Positions 12,691-26,480 of a DNA stretch of 64,000 nucleotides are shown piece by piece (position 1 is the stretch's first letter; each line of letters starts with the position of its first letter). Source of the stretch: Felis catus (Eukaryota); the NCBI RefSeq assembly GCF_018350175.1, contig NC_058368.1, positions 161,884,001 through 161,948,000 of the forward strand, in the 5' to 3' direction. Under the pieces are notes generated by a model. The model made no database searches. It saw only the letters and a list, made by a program, of their open reading frames with translations, and had not been told where the DNA came from. Both the position numbers and the translations under genes were made by a program.

Positions 12691-13610
12691 CAGCAATTCC
12701 ACACCTAAGCATTTGGCTGAGAAATGAAAACAAATTCACAGAGACTGTACACAAATATTTATAGCAGCATTACTAATAATATCCAACTTGCAAAGAACCT
12801 AAATGTCCATCAACAGGTAAATGGATGAACAAAATGTGGCATAGTATTCTGCAGTAATAAATGGCATAGTGTAATGGCTTAGTACTTAGCAGTAATAAAT
12901 AATGGCTGCAGGTACATGCAACACCAAGTATAAACCTAATATCATTATCCAAAATAGAAAATCCAGACACTGAGACTACATACTGTATGTGTCTACTTAT
13001 ATGGCATTCTAGTAAAGTTCAAATTACAGGAATAAAAATCAGAGTAATGGTTGGTAAGTTCTAGGGCTGTGTGTGAAAAAAAAAATATCACTACAAAGTG
13101 TCCTCAGAACTTTTTCAGGTGAATTAAATATTCCCTATCTTGATTTATAGGCCATTTACAAGCCTCTGAACATTTGTTAAAGCTCATCAAACTCTACTCT
13201 TCAAATGATGATTTTGTTACGAGATTGTATTTGGGTTAAATTTTTTTCTTTTTTAATGTAACACACTCTAAGCTTGGAAATCTAAACAATGAATTTGTGT
13301 TCTATACCTTAACAGTTCTGATTTCTCCACTGGTGAAACAAAATGGTAAATAGGAAATTAGGCAATTTACAATAAAGAATTGAAGAAATTAACTCAACTC
13401 TTTGAAAGTTAAATGCTATCTGAAAATATAATCATTTCTGAATATGCTTATTAATATACAGAAAAGATTTTCATTCTGTGTGTCCTTTTTATGGATATTT
13501 TTGAGTATGCATGAATTGCCTCTTGATTTGATTTTTGCCAAAACAGAACTCTGTAATATTGGGGAAAACTTTAATTGTTAAAATGGATTTTTAGAAAGAC
13601 CTGCATGTTA

Positions 13611-13850
13611 GGGAACCTGGGTGGCTCAGTCGGTTAAGAGTCCGACTTTGGCTCAGGTCATCACCTTGCGGTTTGTGGTTTTGAGCCCTGTGTCGGGCTC
13701 TGTGCTGACAGCTCAGAGCCTGGAGCCTGCTTCAGATTCTGTGTCTTGCTCACTCTCTGCCCCTCCCCTAGTCATATTCTGTCTCTCTCTGTGTCTCAAC
13801 AATAAATAAATTTTAAAAAATTAAAAAACAAAACAAAACAAAACAAAAAA
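13611..13850 (+). mobile_element. Can-SINE
   Basis: Full body; (AAAAC)n tail. Confidence 0.95.
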
Positions 13851-14594
13851 CGTATTCCTAGATTCATATTCTCTTTGTTAAGTATACAAAGTGTCATTTA
13901 AAAGATTACTACTGGACATAAAATATTTCCAATAACATATTTTTGAAAGTGGCTCTTACATTTCATACTTTAACATATATAATAGGCATAAAAAAACTCT
14001 CCCAACCATGAAAGATAATTGCTCTCAATCTATTATTAAATTATCAACTATGTACAGTCATTAATACAGAATCAGCATAATGGTGTTTATTTACTTTTCC
14101 AATGATGACTACTGAAAATGTAAGTATTCAGCAAAAAGCATAATAATTAGGTATGAAATTGTTGATATTAGTGCCTTTTATGTAGTTATATTATTGGAAA
14201 TGTGCTATCCAAATCTCAAGTTAGCAATGCAATTCTGCAAAGTCTGCTATAGTCGGAATAAAATATAGCCTAAAATAAAAATATAACAGTCTCAGAAAAA
14301 TCTAATCTATAAGTTTCTCTTAGTGTACGATGCTTTTGTATTCCACAGATACCTCAGTTTGTTCAGTTTTTATATAACTGTTTAATTTGGCTGCAGTACT
14401 AGTTATCTAGACTAATCTTTAAGTTGACAAGAACTAAAAATGTGAAAGAAATGTAAAATGCCTCCTTCTTAGATGATGGGAAAGTGACAATATAGAATGG
14501 AATTATCAAACCAAAATCAAATAGGGGTAGAACTTACTAGGTCACCTAAGCATCAACGGCATTTTTGTTATGAAGAAGTTTGTAAAATGTGTCA

Positions 14595-15270
14595 TTTTTT
14601 AATGTAAACATTTGTATTGATATATACGCAAAGACAAGTTAAGTATTTTTTTTGAAATGGATAGTTTGTTGAATGTCCACAAAGTCAACACTCCCACGTA
14701 ACCAAAATACAGATAAAGAAACGCTACATTACTAAAATATGAGAAGCCCTCCCTACCATGTATCAGTCACTACCCAGCCTACCCTTCCAAGGGCAAACTT
14801 TGTCCTGAATTCTAACACCGTACATTAGTTTTACTTACTGTTAACATTTACATAGAAAAATTTAGTAAGCACTCTTTCTTTCTCTGACTTATTTTATGTG
14901 ATGATACTTTTGCCACATGTGTTTATAGTTTGTTCATTCTACTTGCTGAAGAGTATTCAGTTATGTAGCTATACCACCATCCCTTTATCCATTCCACTGT
15001 AATGGCATTTAGGTTATTTCCAGTTTTCACACCCTGGGAATAATGTTGCTATGAGAATTATTGTATAGATTATTTGGTAGAAGTGAATGTTTATGTATGT
15101 ATAAATGAAATAGATGTTCTTAGTACTGCATATATTTACTTTTAGTAGGCAGCATCAAGCAGTTTTCCAAAATGTTTGAGTGATTTTTACTCCTACTAGT
15201 AATGCATGAGGGTTTGAGCTGTCCACAGTGGGTATTGACTTTTTCATAATAGTGACTATTCTAAACAATT
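14595..15270 (-). mobile_element. L1ME/MC 3' fragment
   Basis: ctttatccattccactg...atttaggttatttccagtttt; gttttccaaaatg. Confidence 0.65.
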
Positions 15271-15399
15271 CTACTTTCGAGAGGGATTTAATTTTAATGA
15301 TGTGAAGGTGGGGAAAAAGGAAAAGACAGAGTGGTTATTACCAAGGAACTTTGGAACATACATAAAAAGAAAGATCAACACCTATTCTTTACTCTCTTG

Positions 15400-15530
15400 T
15401 TTTACTAATATTTCTTATGCACCAACTATATGTCATAAACCGTTTGGGGAGCTAAAGAATTATTAGTAAAATAATAGACAAAATATTTCCACTGCAGTGG
15501 CTTGCATTCTAGTGGAAATGTCCATATAAA
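15400..15530 (-). mobile_element. L2 3' fragment
   Basis: gcaccaactatatgtca...gcttgcattctagtgg. Confidence 0.5.
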
Positions 15531-15589
15531 ACAGGTAAACCAAATAAATATCTACCTACCTACGAATATATGAAGAGACATATGTGTTT

Positions 15590-15841
15590 ACAGGTGTTGT
15601 ATAATTCCTAGAATAGTAAGATAGAAACAGAAGGTAGAAGAGAGCTTATCAGGGGATAGGGGAGAGGAATGGGGAGTTATTGTTTGATGGGCACTGAGTT
15701 TCAGTTTGGAATGATTAGAAATTTCTTGAGATATATAGCAGTAATGGTTGCACAAGAGTGTGAATATATTTAGTATCACATATTTACAGTTAAAAATGGT
15801 AAATTTTATGTTGTTTATATTTTGCCATAATTCAAAAAAAA
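15590..15841 (+). mobile_element. L1MB 3' end
   Basis: atggggagttattgtttgatggg...ttaaaaatggtaaattttatgttg...A-tail. Confidence 0.8.
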
Positions 15842-15914
15842 TAGTGGCAACTTTAGAATTTAGCTATAGGATTTATCTTCTCCATATCGAAGAGAATCTT
15901 CATGTCTCAAAGAG

Positions 15915-16120
15915 TTACATTTATTTAGTGTTCACAATCTGCCAAATGTTCGATTAAGTACTGTGATATCTAACTTAACCCTGAACAACCTTATGAGAAA
16001 TGTGCTGTTTTCACTGTTTTGTTACCATTGAGTAAATTGAAGAACAGAGGAGAAAAACTGATTTTTCTCAAGTTCACGCTATAGTTACGTGAGGACCAGG
16101 ATTTTATAATTCTTCTCTGA
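15915..16120 (-). mobile_element. MIR fragment
   Basis: aacaaccttatgag...tgagtaaattgaag. Confidence 0.5.
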
Positions 16121-16319
16121 ACAGTTACATTATATTGTCCCATTCCCCTTCTCAAACTTCAGTACTATTTACTCACACAACCTTGCAAGTATCCACAGGC
16201 CCAACATATTCTGAGTCACAGATCAATTCTGAAAATAAACTCAAAAAGACTGAAGATTTTGTTACATTCTTAGCTTTTTATAAAATTTATTCTTATGGCA
16301 TCCTTCACCCCATGAGAAC

Positions 16320-16480
16320 TTAAAGGCATAGGATTTTAATCCCAACAGACCAACAGCTTGTTCTGTTTATTCTTGTTACCTTGGGCGAGCTTTGTAATCA
16401 CCCAGTTCTAACCCCCAAAATCCAATCTCTAAAATGATGGTAATACTTACTCAGAGTTCTGTAAATCATTTAGTGTAGTT
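16320..16480 (+). mobile_element. MIR fragment
   Basis: gttaccttgggcgag...ctctaaaatgatggtaatacttac. Confidence 0.45.
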
Positions 16481-17471
16481 CCTGTCATCTTCTGTTAGGA
16501 ACTCTACAAATGATAGCTAAAACAACCTGTGAAGAATATTATTCATTTCTTGAGTATCCTCCTATTTTGATTGGAACATCGGTTGACACAGAGGAGCTAA
16601 GTAAATGTTGTGGCTTAACTGTACGAATTTCACTAGCTCACAGTGAAATGATTCTACCACTTCTATCCAGACAGAAAAGATGGGCTGATTTTTCAGTCCA
16701 TCATCACCTACACTCTGTTTAAGGGGCTTATCATGTGCATATAATAAATGTATGAACTAAAAATAATTGAATCCGCTAGACCAAAAGATGACAAAATATA
16801 GTTGTAATAATCAAAAGTTCCTGCCAGTTGGATGATATCTTAAATACCAGGACAATTTTGCAGCTTCAACTGGAGAAAGCACTTGGGGACTAGAGGAATA
16901 ATATATGAGACAAAAGAGGAGTTTTACTCGATACAAAACTGTCTTGAATTTGGGTATTTTACATTTGCTCTTTAATTGAATAGAAACTGACACTTTTTTA
17001 AGAAAAACAAATAAAGAGACATTCATTAACATTTTTATCTAAAAACAGTTTGGGAATATAATCCAGTGCCCTCTTTTGATTGTTATTTTTACTAAGAACA
17101 AGTGAACTATGTGTTCCTTTTGTAAAGCTTAGATTGCTTTTTAATCACCAGAAGATTTTAAATAAAGTGAATTATTTTTCTTATTACAAAAGCAATATAT
17201 GTTCATTGTTGAAAAAGAGAAAAGAGTAGGGAATAATAAAAAATCAAATATAATCCCATTATCTGGTGGCAGGAACTATTAATAGGTTAGCGTGTTCCCT
17301 TTGATATTTTTCTAAGTTTCAACATTTTAATATCAACTAATAGAATCATATTATTTGTATTCTCAATTTCTATATAATACTATAGTGTAAACAATTGGCC
17401 TAGGCCATTATTTTCTTAATGTGATGTTTCATAGCTGCATAAAATTCTATTGTATAAAAGTGCCATAAAAG

Positions 17472-17615
17472 TGATGAGGGCCAAAAAGGTGTTTTGTTAT
17501 GTTAATGAGTGACTTTGGGACTCACCTGAGGGTACAGGCTGGTGGCCAGAGAACCAACCACACCTTTAGAGTCCTTAGAGGGTTAGAACTTTCAGTCCCA
17601 CCTCTAGCATCTGGA
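17472..17615 (+). mobile_element. MER21-like LTR fragment
   Basis: ttttgttatgttaatgag...aaccaacca...ttagagggttagaactttcagtcccac. Confidence 0.6.
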
Positions 17616-17856
17616 AAAAGCACTGAGAAAGCATGAATGTATAGAAGAAAACCAAAAGTAAACATGCAAACAATACTCTTTCTCCTTAAATCAATACCAT
17701 TTTTAACCTAAAAGTTCACTTAAAGATTATAATGTTTAAATTTAGCATTTGTTGGGAGTTCACATTTATATTATTACACTTTCCCCCAAGAGTATAAAGC
17801 CTTCTATTTTACCTGGCATTTGTTTCATTACATGTGAACAATGACCCTTCAAAGTA

Positions 17857-18362
17857 TGGTAGGAGAAGATAGGATTCAGTAGGCCGAGAGGGAAAGATGG
17901 GACCTGAGGTCCCTGAGTGGGGAAAAACACCTATTTTAGAACAATGCTGGGAGTGTCTGACCACAGCAAACCCTCTCAGATGTAAGGTTCCTCTTAAGAA
18001 TGTAACAGACTCCACCTACTCCACCCTCATGTTTCCCTCAGAACTTTGACAAAAGACCTAAGTATGGCCATAGACCAGTCCTCATACAATGAAAAAGAGC
18101 CAGTCAGGAATGGATAACCCAGCACCCAGAGCTATCAAGTCAATAAGGGTAGAACCTGAGAAGGAGCAAGGGGGAAGGGAAAGGGGAGGGTCACCAGAAC
18201 CTTATAACAAGGACCCTCTCTGTAAAGAGAACTTTCCTATTATTCTTCCTTTCTGATCTTATACTCTAATAGACTTTTGCATACTGCTCATTTTGTGTCG
18301 GCCTCTTCATTTCTTCAAAGTGGTGAGACAGTGAATCCCGGGTATTGTGGAATCCTGCAATA
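17857..18362 (+). mobile_element. ERV solo LTR (carnivore type), same family as 10145-10690
   Basis: Starts tggtaggagaagataggattcagtagg, ends aatcctgcaata; 6-bp flanks aaagta/aaagga. Confidence 0.8.
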
Positions 18363-18553
18363 AAAGGAAAGAACCCACATGCAAAATATCATATATAGAG
18401 TTATAAAATTGGGGATTATAAAAAAGAAAAAGATATTTCTTTGACAAGACTAGAGGCAACATTGCTAAACTGAATATTCTTTAGTGAGAGATGGCAAAGT
18501 TGGTGTTTCATTTCCTTTTTTCCTTCCATGCCTTCATCCTTCTGTTCTCTTCT

Positions 18554-18557
<4 letters not shown>

Positions 18558-18586
<29 letters not shown>
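18558..18586. repeat. poly(T)29
   Basis: Homopolymer seen directly. Confidence 0.95.
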
Positions 18587-19660
18587 GGTAGCTGTATGTC
18601 CATATTTATTTCTATTAAGACATTATTATCTTTCTTTGTATCCTTTTGGATTCATTTCTTTTTCTCCTACTGGCTGTCTTTTTACTATGATTTTTAAATA
18701 CTCACAAATACAGTGTTTTGATTAGCTTTTGCTTCTCTTGTTAGCTTTCAGACTATAACAAGCTTGCTTTCTGTCTATCCATTTTGCTGCTGATGCTACC
18801 TGTCACAGTTGCTACTTCATTCTTTCCCTCTCTTGGTCCATTCCTAAGACTCCACTTTTGACATTTTTACCAATAGCTTCAGTGATACAGAAAATGTGTG
18901 CGTAAATGTCTTTCTCTGGATATTGTCTATTCCATGAGAGAGACTATGCCCTTGAAACTTATAAAAGCTAGTTTCCCAGCAAAGCTACTAGGAGAGTTGT
19001 CCCTCAATCATGTGGTCAAGCAGACTATATGTAATATCGTTTGTTTCTAGTCTTTGAAGACCATTGTTTACCATCAATGATGCAAACAGCAGGAAACATA
19101 AAAGTAAATTATATTTTTGGATATAGAAGCATAACCTTGGCATTTAATTCTTCAATGTGACTACTGCCCCCAAACATAAAAATGGGGAGCCTTCACAGAT
19201 TCAGCTGTTAGAATCTTAAGTAAGATGTAGTGTAGACATAGTAACTGTTGGAAACACATTCATTATATTTAGACATTTTATTTTATTTCTGTTGCAGTTA
19301 ATAATAACAGAAAAATTGAAACCAGGCATTCTTTGTGAAAGGACTGACACCTGATAATTTTGGTTTTCTGGTACTGTTTTCCCAAGGACAGGTAACATTT
19401 TTGCAAAAAATAAGCTAAGTCAATACCAAAATGACAGGAAGTCTGGAAAGAAGCTAAACGTACTCACCCATCTTGGGAGATCATCAAGAGAGACTTCATG
19501 AAAGAATTTTAGAGCTGGGGAGAAATCCAATGACCAATATGTTCAATGCTTTGATTTGCATATGAGGAAAACAAGACCAAGAGTCATCAAAAAATACTTA
19601 GAAATGTTAGAATTAACAACTACAGCATCCAAATTTTATCATAGCTCACTTTATTTTTTT

Positions 19661-19867
19661 AATTTTTTTTACTGTTTATTTATTTTTGAGAGAGTCAGAA
19701 TGTGAGCAGCGCAGGGGCAGAGAGAAAGGGAGACATAGAATCTGAAGCAGGCTCCAGGCTTTGAGCCATTAGTACAGAGCCCGACTCAGGGTTCCAACTC
19801 AGGAACTGTGAGGTCATGACCTCAGCTGAAGTCGGATGCTCAACCAACTGAGTCACCCAAGCACTCC
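19661..19867 (-). mobile_element. Can-SINE inserted in the tail of the adjacent SINE
   Basis: TSD tcactttattttttt at 19646 and 19869. Confidence 0.9.
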
Positions 19868-19871
19868 ATCA

Positions 19872-19900
19872 CTTTATTTTTTTAATGTTTATTTATTTAT

Positions 19901-19952
<52 letters not shown>

Positions 19953-20099
19953 AGTGAGAAAGGGAGAGGCAGAGAGAAAGGAGACAGAGAATCCTAAGCA
20001 GGATCCTGGCTGTCAGCTTGATTTCAGGAACCCTCAGATCATGACCTGAGCTGAAATCGAGACTCCAACATGTAACTGACTGAGCTGTCCAGGCACCCC
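19872..20099 (-). mobile_element. Can-SINE with a long (GA)n run at 19904-19947
   Basis: SINE body; outer flank atagctc at 19641 and 20104. Confidence 0.9.
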
Positions 20100-20162
20100 A
20101 ATTATAGCTCCCTTTATCCTAGCTTGGATTTAGAATTGATTCTTGAAAGGCCCTCACAGCCA

Positions 20163-20300
20163 CCAGGGGTTCCACAACCTGGTTGCATATTAGAACCACT
20201 TCAGGATCTATGTGTGATTGGCCCTACTTCCTGAAATTGTTGTTGTGGAGTGAGACCAATGTATCCATGTATTTCAAAAGCTCTCTGTGTTTCTCTAAAA
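20163..20300. mobile_element. MER5A-like hAT fragment
   Basis: caacctggttgcatattagaaccac...tgtatttcaaaagctc. Confidence 0.55.
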
Positions 20301-20304
20301 TTTA

Positions 20305-20520
20305 CATGGGTGGCTCAGTTGGTTAAGCATCTGACTCTTGATTTTAGCTCAGGTCATGATCTCATGGTTTGTGAGTTTGATCCCTGGGTCAGGCTCTGCA
20401 CAGACAGCAAAGACCCTGCTTGGGATTGTCTGTCTCTATCTTTCTCTGCCTCTCCCCGGTATGTGCATGCACACGTGCTAGCTCTCTCTCAAAAATAAAT
20501 AAATAAACATTAAAATAAAA
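20305..20520 (+). mobile_element. Can-SINE
   Basis: tgggtggctcagttggttaagcatctgactcttgat; A-rich tail. Confidence 0.9.
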
Positions 20521-21369
20521 TTTAGAGTTAAGGTTCCATAGTCAAAGCACCTGAAGTCTTTTCATACCCCAACTGTCATCAATTTAGAATTAGTGATCTG
20601 TTAGGTCAAGGTTGATAGTATTTCATAATTTTTGTAATCATTAATATATATTTTGTGTGTGTAGAAAACACTAATTCATCTAGATTTACTAGATTTTACT
20701 TTTTAAAATCTCTCTCTAAAATCTATTATCTGTTTGGCTCATTTATTTACATCAGACTGCTATATGCTAAATGAAATTCAAAATATTTATCAGCTGATAA
20801 AATTCTATGGTGAGTGAGGCGGGAAGGAGCAATCCCACACAAACAGCTTTCTGCCTCTGTTCATGAGCAACACTGCTTTTTCTTCCAATAGATTACAAAG
20901 ATATATCAAAACAATTTGCCAATAAAGTGTACCTGAATGATATAATGTTGGCATATGGCCAAATTATATTGAGAAACTAAATTTGGTTGAGAAAATTATT
21001 ATTCCCCAACCTTGAAACCTTTACAGACCATTGAACACTAAAATAGGGCAATATTTCTTTAAAATAGCTAACAACAGTAGGTAAAGTTAAATAATATATC
21101 CTCCATCAGCTCAAGGAAAAATAAGTCTACTTTGTCAATTCGCTTCAAGGAAATAGTTTAATTATGTTTCCACTATAGCTGTCCTTTTTGAAGCTTATCA
21201 TAAGGAAAGAAATTAGCTATAAAGCCCAAAGCTAAGTATCTCCTTAGAGTCCTAAAATATATAAACATGGATACAAGAATCAGTGAGATTACTTTTCTGA
21301 TCCAAATTATTTTTCAAAAATCACAAAATGCCTTTGTATTCCAAACTTTAGTAAACTTTCCAATAAAGA

Positions 21370-21995
21370 TCTATTTTCAAGCAATAAAATGCACAGGTCC
21401 TGTGTTCAGTTTGGTGACATTGACAGTTTCATACCCCCATCCATCTATCATGCAAAACAACATATAAACTATTTGCATCACTCCAGAATTTCCTCAATGT
21501 ATCTTTAGAGTTACTTTCCCCACCCTGGTGTACCCAGTGGTGGCAACTTTCTAACCTCTATCACCAGTAATTAATTTTACTTGTTTTCTCATGTTTGGCT
21601 TCCTTCATTCAAAATTATGACTTACAGTCGTGAGGTTCATTAATCAGAAATTCATTCTTCTATATCAGTTGATAGTATTTCTTTGTATGGCTGAACCATA
21701 CACATCTGGCCATTCTCCTGGTAATGTTTTGTTCTGTTTTGTCTTTGCTTGTTTAGTGCCTAGCAGCATGAATAATACTTCTATGAATATACTTGTACAA
21801 GTCTTTTTATGAGCATGCTTTTTCACGGGGATTAATTGCAGAGTACGGTGTAAATACATATCCAAAAGAAACTGCCGAAGTCTTCTCCAAAGTGTAGTGC
21901 CCTTTCCACATTCCCAGCTGTGATATATGAGGATTCCATTTGCTTTACAACCTCACTAACAGTTGGTGTTGCACATCTTTTTGATTTTAGCCCTT
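21370..21995 (-). mobile_element. L1M 3' fragment
   Basis: tatgaatatacttgtacaagtctttt; aactgccgaagtcttctccaaagt. Confidence 0.65.
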
Positions 21996-23480
21996 ATGTT
22001 TGGTGTCACGCCAGGGAAAACTTAAGAACTGCTATAATGTGCTATGTGTCTGTGTCTTCATTCAGGCATTTTTCTGCAGTTAGCTATTTCCATGCAGCTT
22101 TGTCTGTTGGAATTGGAACACATTAGAATGTAATATATTTATTAAGTAAATTATTACTTAAATACATAATTACTTTTGGTAGGAGAAAATTAATTCTTTT
22201 TGTGCATAGCTATTGTTTTTGAAATTTCCTACAACTATTTCCTACAACTATTTCTGATTTTATCATGTGGATATGTATTTTTCTCCTCTAGTTGTCCACA
22301 GCTCTTATTTAGTTGCTACCTCAGTTACTGTGTACTAAAATATTAAAATGAGCATACATCTTCAGAAATGAAATATGTATTTTGAAATATTCCCTTGCTC
22401 TTAACACACAGGATGCTAATACACTAATAATAATGACTGAAACAAATTATTGTCAAAGCTTGTTCAGTTCCCTTAGCAGATACAATTTTGCTCTTAGGAG
22501 TATTCACAAGTGTGCTATAAAAGACTTTTCCCTTTGTGCACTTCTATTTCTTCACTTTGCCTTCTGCCCCCAACTGTAATATTTTCTAGTGACCTCAATT
22601 GGTGAATATTTGCTTTGGGAAGTTGTTTTTCTCTGTATGTTCAGTGGGTTCTGTATTTAACATGTTGGCCTTTTCCTAATGGTTCCAGAATCTACTTATA
22701 CAGTTTGTATTTACCATTTTCTCTAAGGTCATAGGCCAGTTCCAGGACCTACATTTTGTCTAGTCACTCCTCCTGTGAGTAAATCCTGTGTCACAGATTT
22801 TCCATTCTTGCTTGACTGACAGTTACAATGTGGAAGCCTTTGTTAGTTTATTTTCTTTTTTTCCCTGAAGCCTGGGTTCAGTGTTTTCTGGTTACCCAAG
22901 TCATGAATACAAGCCAGGTAACTTTGATATTTCTTAATCAGAGCACATCCCCATCTAAAGATTTTCCACATATAGCTGAGGGTACTTCTTGCTAAAAATG
23001 GTTTTGCATCCGTACTAACCATTGTACTCGTTGTATAGAAGAAGACAGAGATCATTGATGTTACTATGGACCACTTAAACTAATGTACAGATGGGACTAC
23101 CCTCATGCAGTTGAAACAGAAAAATTCATGAAGTTCATGATGCTACCAATTTCTATACAGGTTATCCCTTAGGACTTATTCTCACTTTAAAAGTATAATG
23201 GCATGAATAGATTCAAGTCCTCTTTCCATGGCGATTTACTTCCTTTCCTTTTCAACTTTTTATTGAAATATACAGCATACATACCTGAAAATGGACAAAT
23301 CACAACTCAAAAAAGTAAACACATTCAGGTAACTTCCAACAAAAACAAGAAGTTGAATATTCTCATTACACTAGCAGTGTTGCTCATATGCCTCTAGTTA
23401 ACCCTTCCCCCTCTCCCCAAAATAATCCCAAACTGACTGGAACACCACCCATTAGATTTGCCTCTTTTTTTGAATTTTAA

Positions 23481-23550
23481 GGAAAGGAAAGGAAAGGAAA
23501 GGAAAGGAAAGGAAAGGAAAGGAAAGGAAAGGAAAGGAAAGGAAAGGAAA
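23481..23550. repeat. (GGAAA)14 perfect pentanucleotide microsatellite inside an L1ME-like 3' fragment
   Basis: Counted directly. Confidence 0.95.
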
Positions 23551-23645
23551 TCTCACAATGTCAAGCTCTGTTTAGTCAATATTGTTTTTGAAATTAAATC
23601 ATGTTGTTGTAGAGCAATAATTAGTTATTCCTCAGTGCTATATAG

Positions 23646-23889
23646 CAGAGGTTAGCAAACCTGTTTTTGTAAAGGACCAGTTATTAGTTTTTTGTTTTTT
23701 TGTTTTGTTTTATGATTTGTAAGCCATACAGGTTCTGTTGTATTTACTCAACTCTGCTGTTGTGGCACAAAAACAACCTTAGACCATATGCAAACAGAAG
23801 GGTGTGACTATGATCCAATAAAACTTTATTTACAAAAACAAGGAAGAGGTTGGTTTGGGCCAGTTAGTTTTAGTTTACTGACTGGCCAG
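23646..23889 (+). mobile_element. MER58A-like hAT-Charlie element
   Basis: cagaggttagcaaac...actcaactctgctgttgt...ccaataaaactttatttacaaaaaca. Confidence 0.85.
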
Positions 23890-25773
23890 TCTCCTTGAAG
23901 ACCTGGTGCATGAACTGCCATAGCAGCCATGTAGCTGAGTGATGAGATGTGTAGTTCAAAAGGAGTGAAACATGTACCACAGACAAAGATCAAAGAGAAA
24001 GAAGTCACTCCTTTGAGGTTTACCCTGGGTTGATTTTGAAGGCTGCTCAAAACGTGACATGCACTAACTGAGGCCACTGCCCACTTTTAAGTAATCAGTT
24101 AAAAATCTAGAGAGTTCTATGGGAATATGGCAGAAAAATACACCTATTTGATGATTCAAGTCATTTCTGATTACCTTTGTACTTTACTGGGTCACCCTAA
24201 TACAAACTTTTGGCTTTTCTTCAAAGTCTAACAGTTTTTTTGTTTTAACTACAGTTTTACTTCATTTCTCAGGGGAAATTCTTAGGCCTTTTTATAGTTA
24301 CATATTATTTTAAATTTACTTTAAGTTAGAAAAATCCAAGTGGACTAAAGTCACAGTTATTTTTCTAAAGTTTTTTTCAAAATGATCTGAAAATGTCTGT
24401 ATTAAAGAGATCAAAAACCTGAATGAATATTTATCCATTTTCATAGTTACTTTTTAAGTACATCAAAGTATTGAATGACACGTGGAAAACACTAAGCAGA
24501 ATTCATCATTATTATCTTTCTCTTTTATGAATAAATTAGCAAAAGAATTATTCAAATTAAGTTTCATGAATTAATATCAAAGAACTAGTCTCTTCCTAAC
24601 AATAGGTTAATAAATTGCAGACTAAGCTACAGAAGCTTTGCTGTTAAATAATTGGTATCTTTTGCTATATTCTTAGATAGAGATATAATATATTCTATAA
24701 ATATATTTCCTTAGGAATCTACTGAATCAAATGTAACAATTTTTTTATATTGTTTTGTGTTGTATGATGAATTATTTTTTTTCTTTTTAAATAATTTTCA
24801 AATGTACACATCACATAAATAAATATGAATAAATTATGATTCCATCAGTTGGTAAAATGAAATATATTACATTGTAAAGGTAGAAAATATAGTAATATAA
24901 CTGAAAGCAATCCATAAAAATCCATTACTCTAAAAGCTATAATTTATAAAATATTTGAATATAATTTTCAAAGTAATTGTATTTGTCAGTGAATCTCATA
25001 TGCTGTATTTATCTCTTTATAATTTCCTAAAGTACTTGAAAACTTTTTCTTGTCATAAATAGTTTAGTAAACTTAACCTAAGCATATTTATAGAACTCAA
25101 TTGCTAAGTAAAACTATTTAAATACATGGAGTAAATCCCAGTATCAACCAACCTTTACTGTTCTGATCCAGTTTCCTACTAAAAGATTGAACTGATACTG
25201 CTTTATAATTTATGCAATTTTAATTCTTTCTTAAAATTGCTTTGGTTCCCAACATGCTTTCTAAAGCATTATAGACTTGGTGTTTTGAGCCCCCTAGTTC
25301 TTCACAAGTGCTTATGACTAAAATACAGAGAAAAATCTAAAACGGAGGATTACTCTGGTAGATCAGTGTCCAAGAACTTCAACTTGATTGCTGAGCTATG
25401 GAAGGAAAGTGTACTAATAATGGTACATTGGAGTGTTCCTAGACTTTATTTTGCTGCTAAAGGAGCCTCAGTGCATTTAAGAAAGGCCACTGCTCCCCAA
25501 AGATTTAGGGTTGAATGAATATTTCATCAGTGAATTTTGGTAGAATATTCCATAGTGATTGAGCAAGATTTCTATCCTAAAATGTAATTTGGAATTTAAG
25601 TAGCAAAAACAAAACCAAAAAAACAAAAAACAAACAAACAACAACAACAAAACACAAAAAATGAATTGCGCTGTTGGAATTTGTTGTTAAATATAATTTG
25701 CACCCTGATTATTATCCAGAGTGACTTACCCTGCTTTTTTCGGGCACTCTGCTTATAGAGCTATGGAGATATA

Positions 25774-25978
25774 GGTGTGTCTGGGTGACTCAGTCAGTTA
25801 AGGATCCTACTCCTGATTTTGGCTCAGGTCATGATCTCAGGGTTCATGAGATGGAACCCCATGTCAGGCTCTGCACTAACAGCCTGGAGTCTGCTTGGGA
25901 TTCTCTCTCTCCTGCTCCCTCTGCCCCCACTAACTCTCCTTCTCTCTCTCTCAAAATAAATAAACATGAAAAAAAAAG
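25774..25978 (+). mobile_element. Can-SINE
   Basis: TSD tatggagata at 25762 and 25980. Confidence 0.9.
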
Positions 25979-26259
25979 ATATGGAGATACAGATATCTCC
26001 TGGTGGCCACAACAGAGACAGTATAAAACCAAGGAGAAATATTAGGTGTTGAGTCTATAAGATTCAAAATATTAAGCCCTAGACATTTAAAAACTGAAGA
26101 AAAAAGGTAGAAATTATCAAGTTAATTTTTATTTGAAAGTCATAAGATCTCTAAAATTACTTACAAATCTTCTTTCTATACTTTTCTTATTTTTACTAAT
26201 GTTTTATAAATTGTGATTACTGCAACCCACGCAAACTTCTAAAATTAAGAAATTAAATA

Positions 26260-26480
26260 GACGTGCCTGCGTGGCTCAGTCGATTAAGCGTTTGACTTTG
26301 GCTCAGGTCATAATCTCACGGTTTGTGAGCCTGAGCCCTGCATCAGGCTGTGTGCCGACAGCTCAGAGCCTGGAACCTGGAGCCTGCTTCAAATTCTGTG
26401 TCTCCCTCTCTGTCTGCCCCTCCCCCACTATGATCCGTCTTTCTCTGTCTCAAAAATAAACATTTAAAAAATTAAAAAAA
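26260..26480 (+). mobile_element. Can-SINE
   Basis: TSD aagaaattaa(a/c)ta at 26247 and 26481. Confidence 0.9.

Larger units (their letters stand above)
11905..13240 (+). mobile_element. L1M 3' portion (ORF2 end and 3'UTR), interrupted by a SINE and a MER63
   Basis: gcacatgaaaagatgctca...attagtcatcagg; acctaaatgtccatcaacagg. Confidence 0.8.

Noticed and set aside
23458..23655. ORF with KGKER repeats
   Set aside because: Translation of (GGAAA)n.
25722..25762. Strong minus-strand splice donor (also near 45045 and 50595)
   Set aside because: No convincing acceptor or coding frame; isolated GTAAGT-type motifs are expected by chance in 64 kb.
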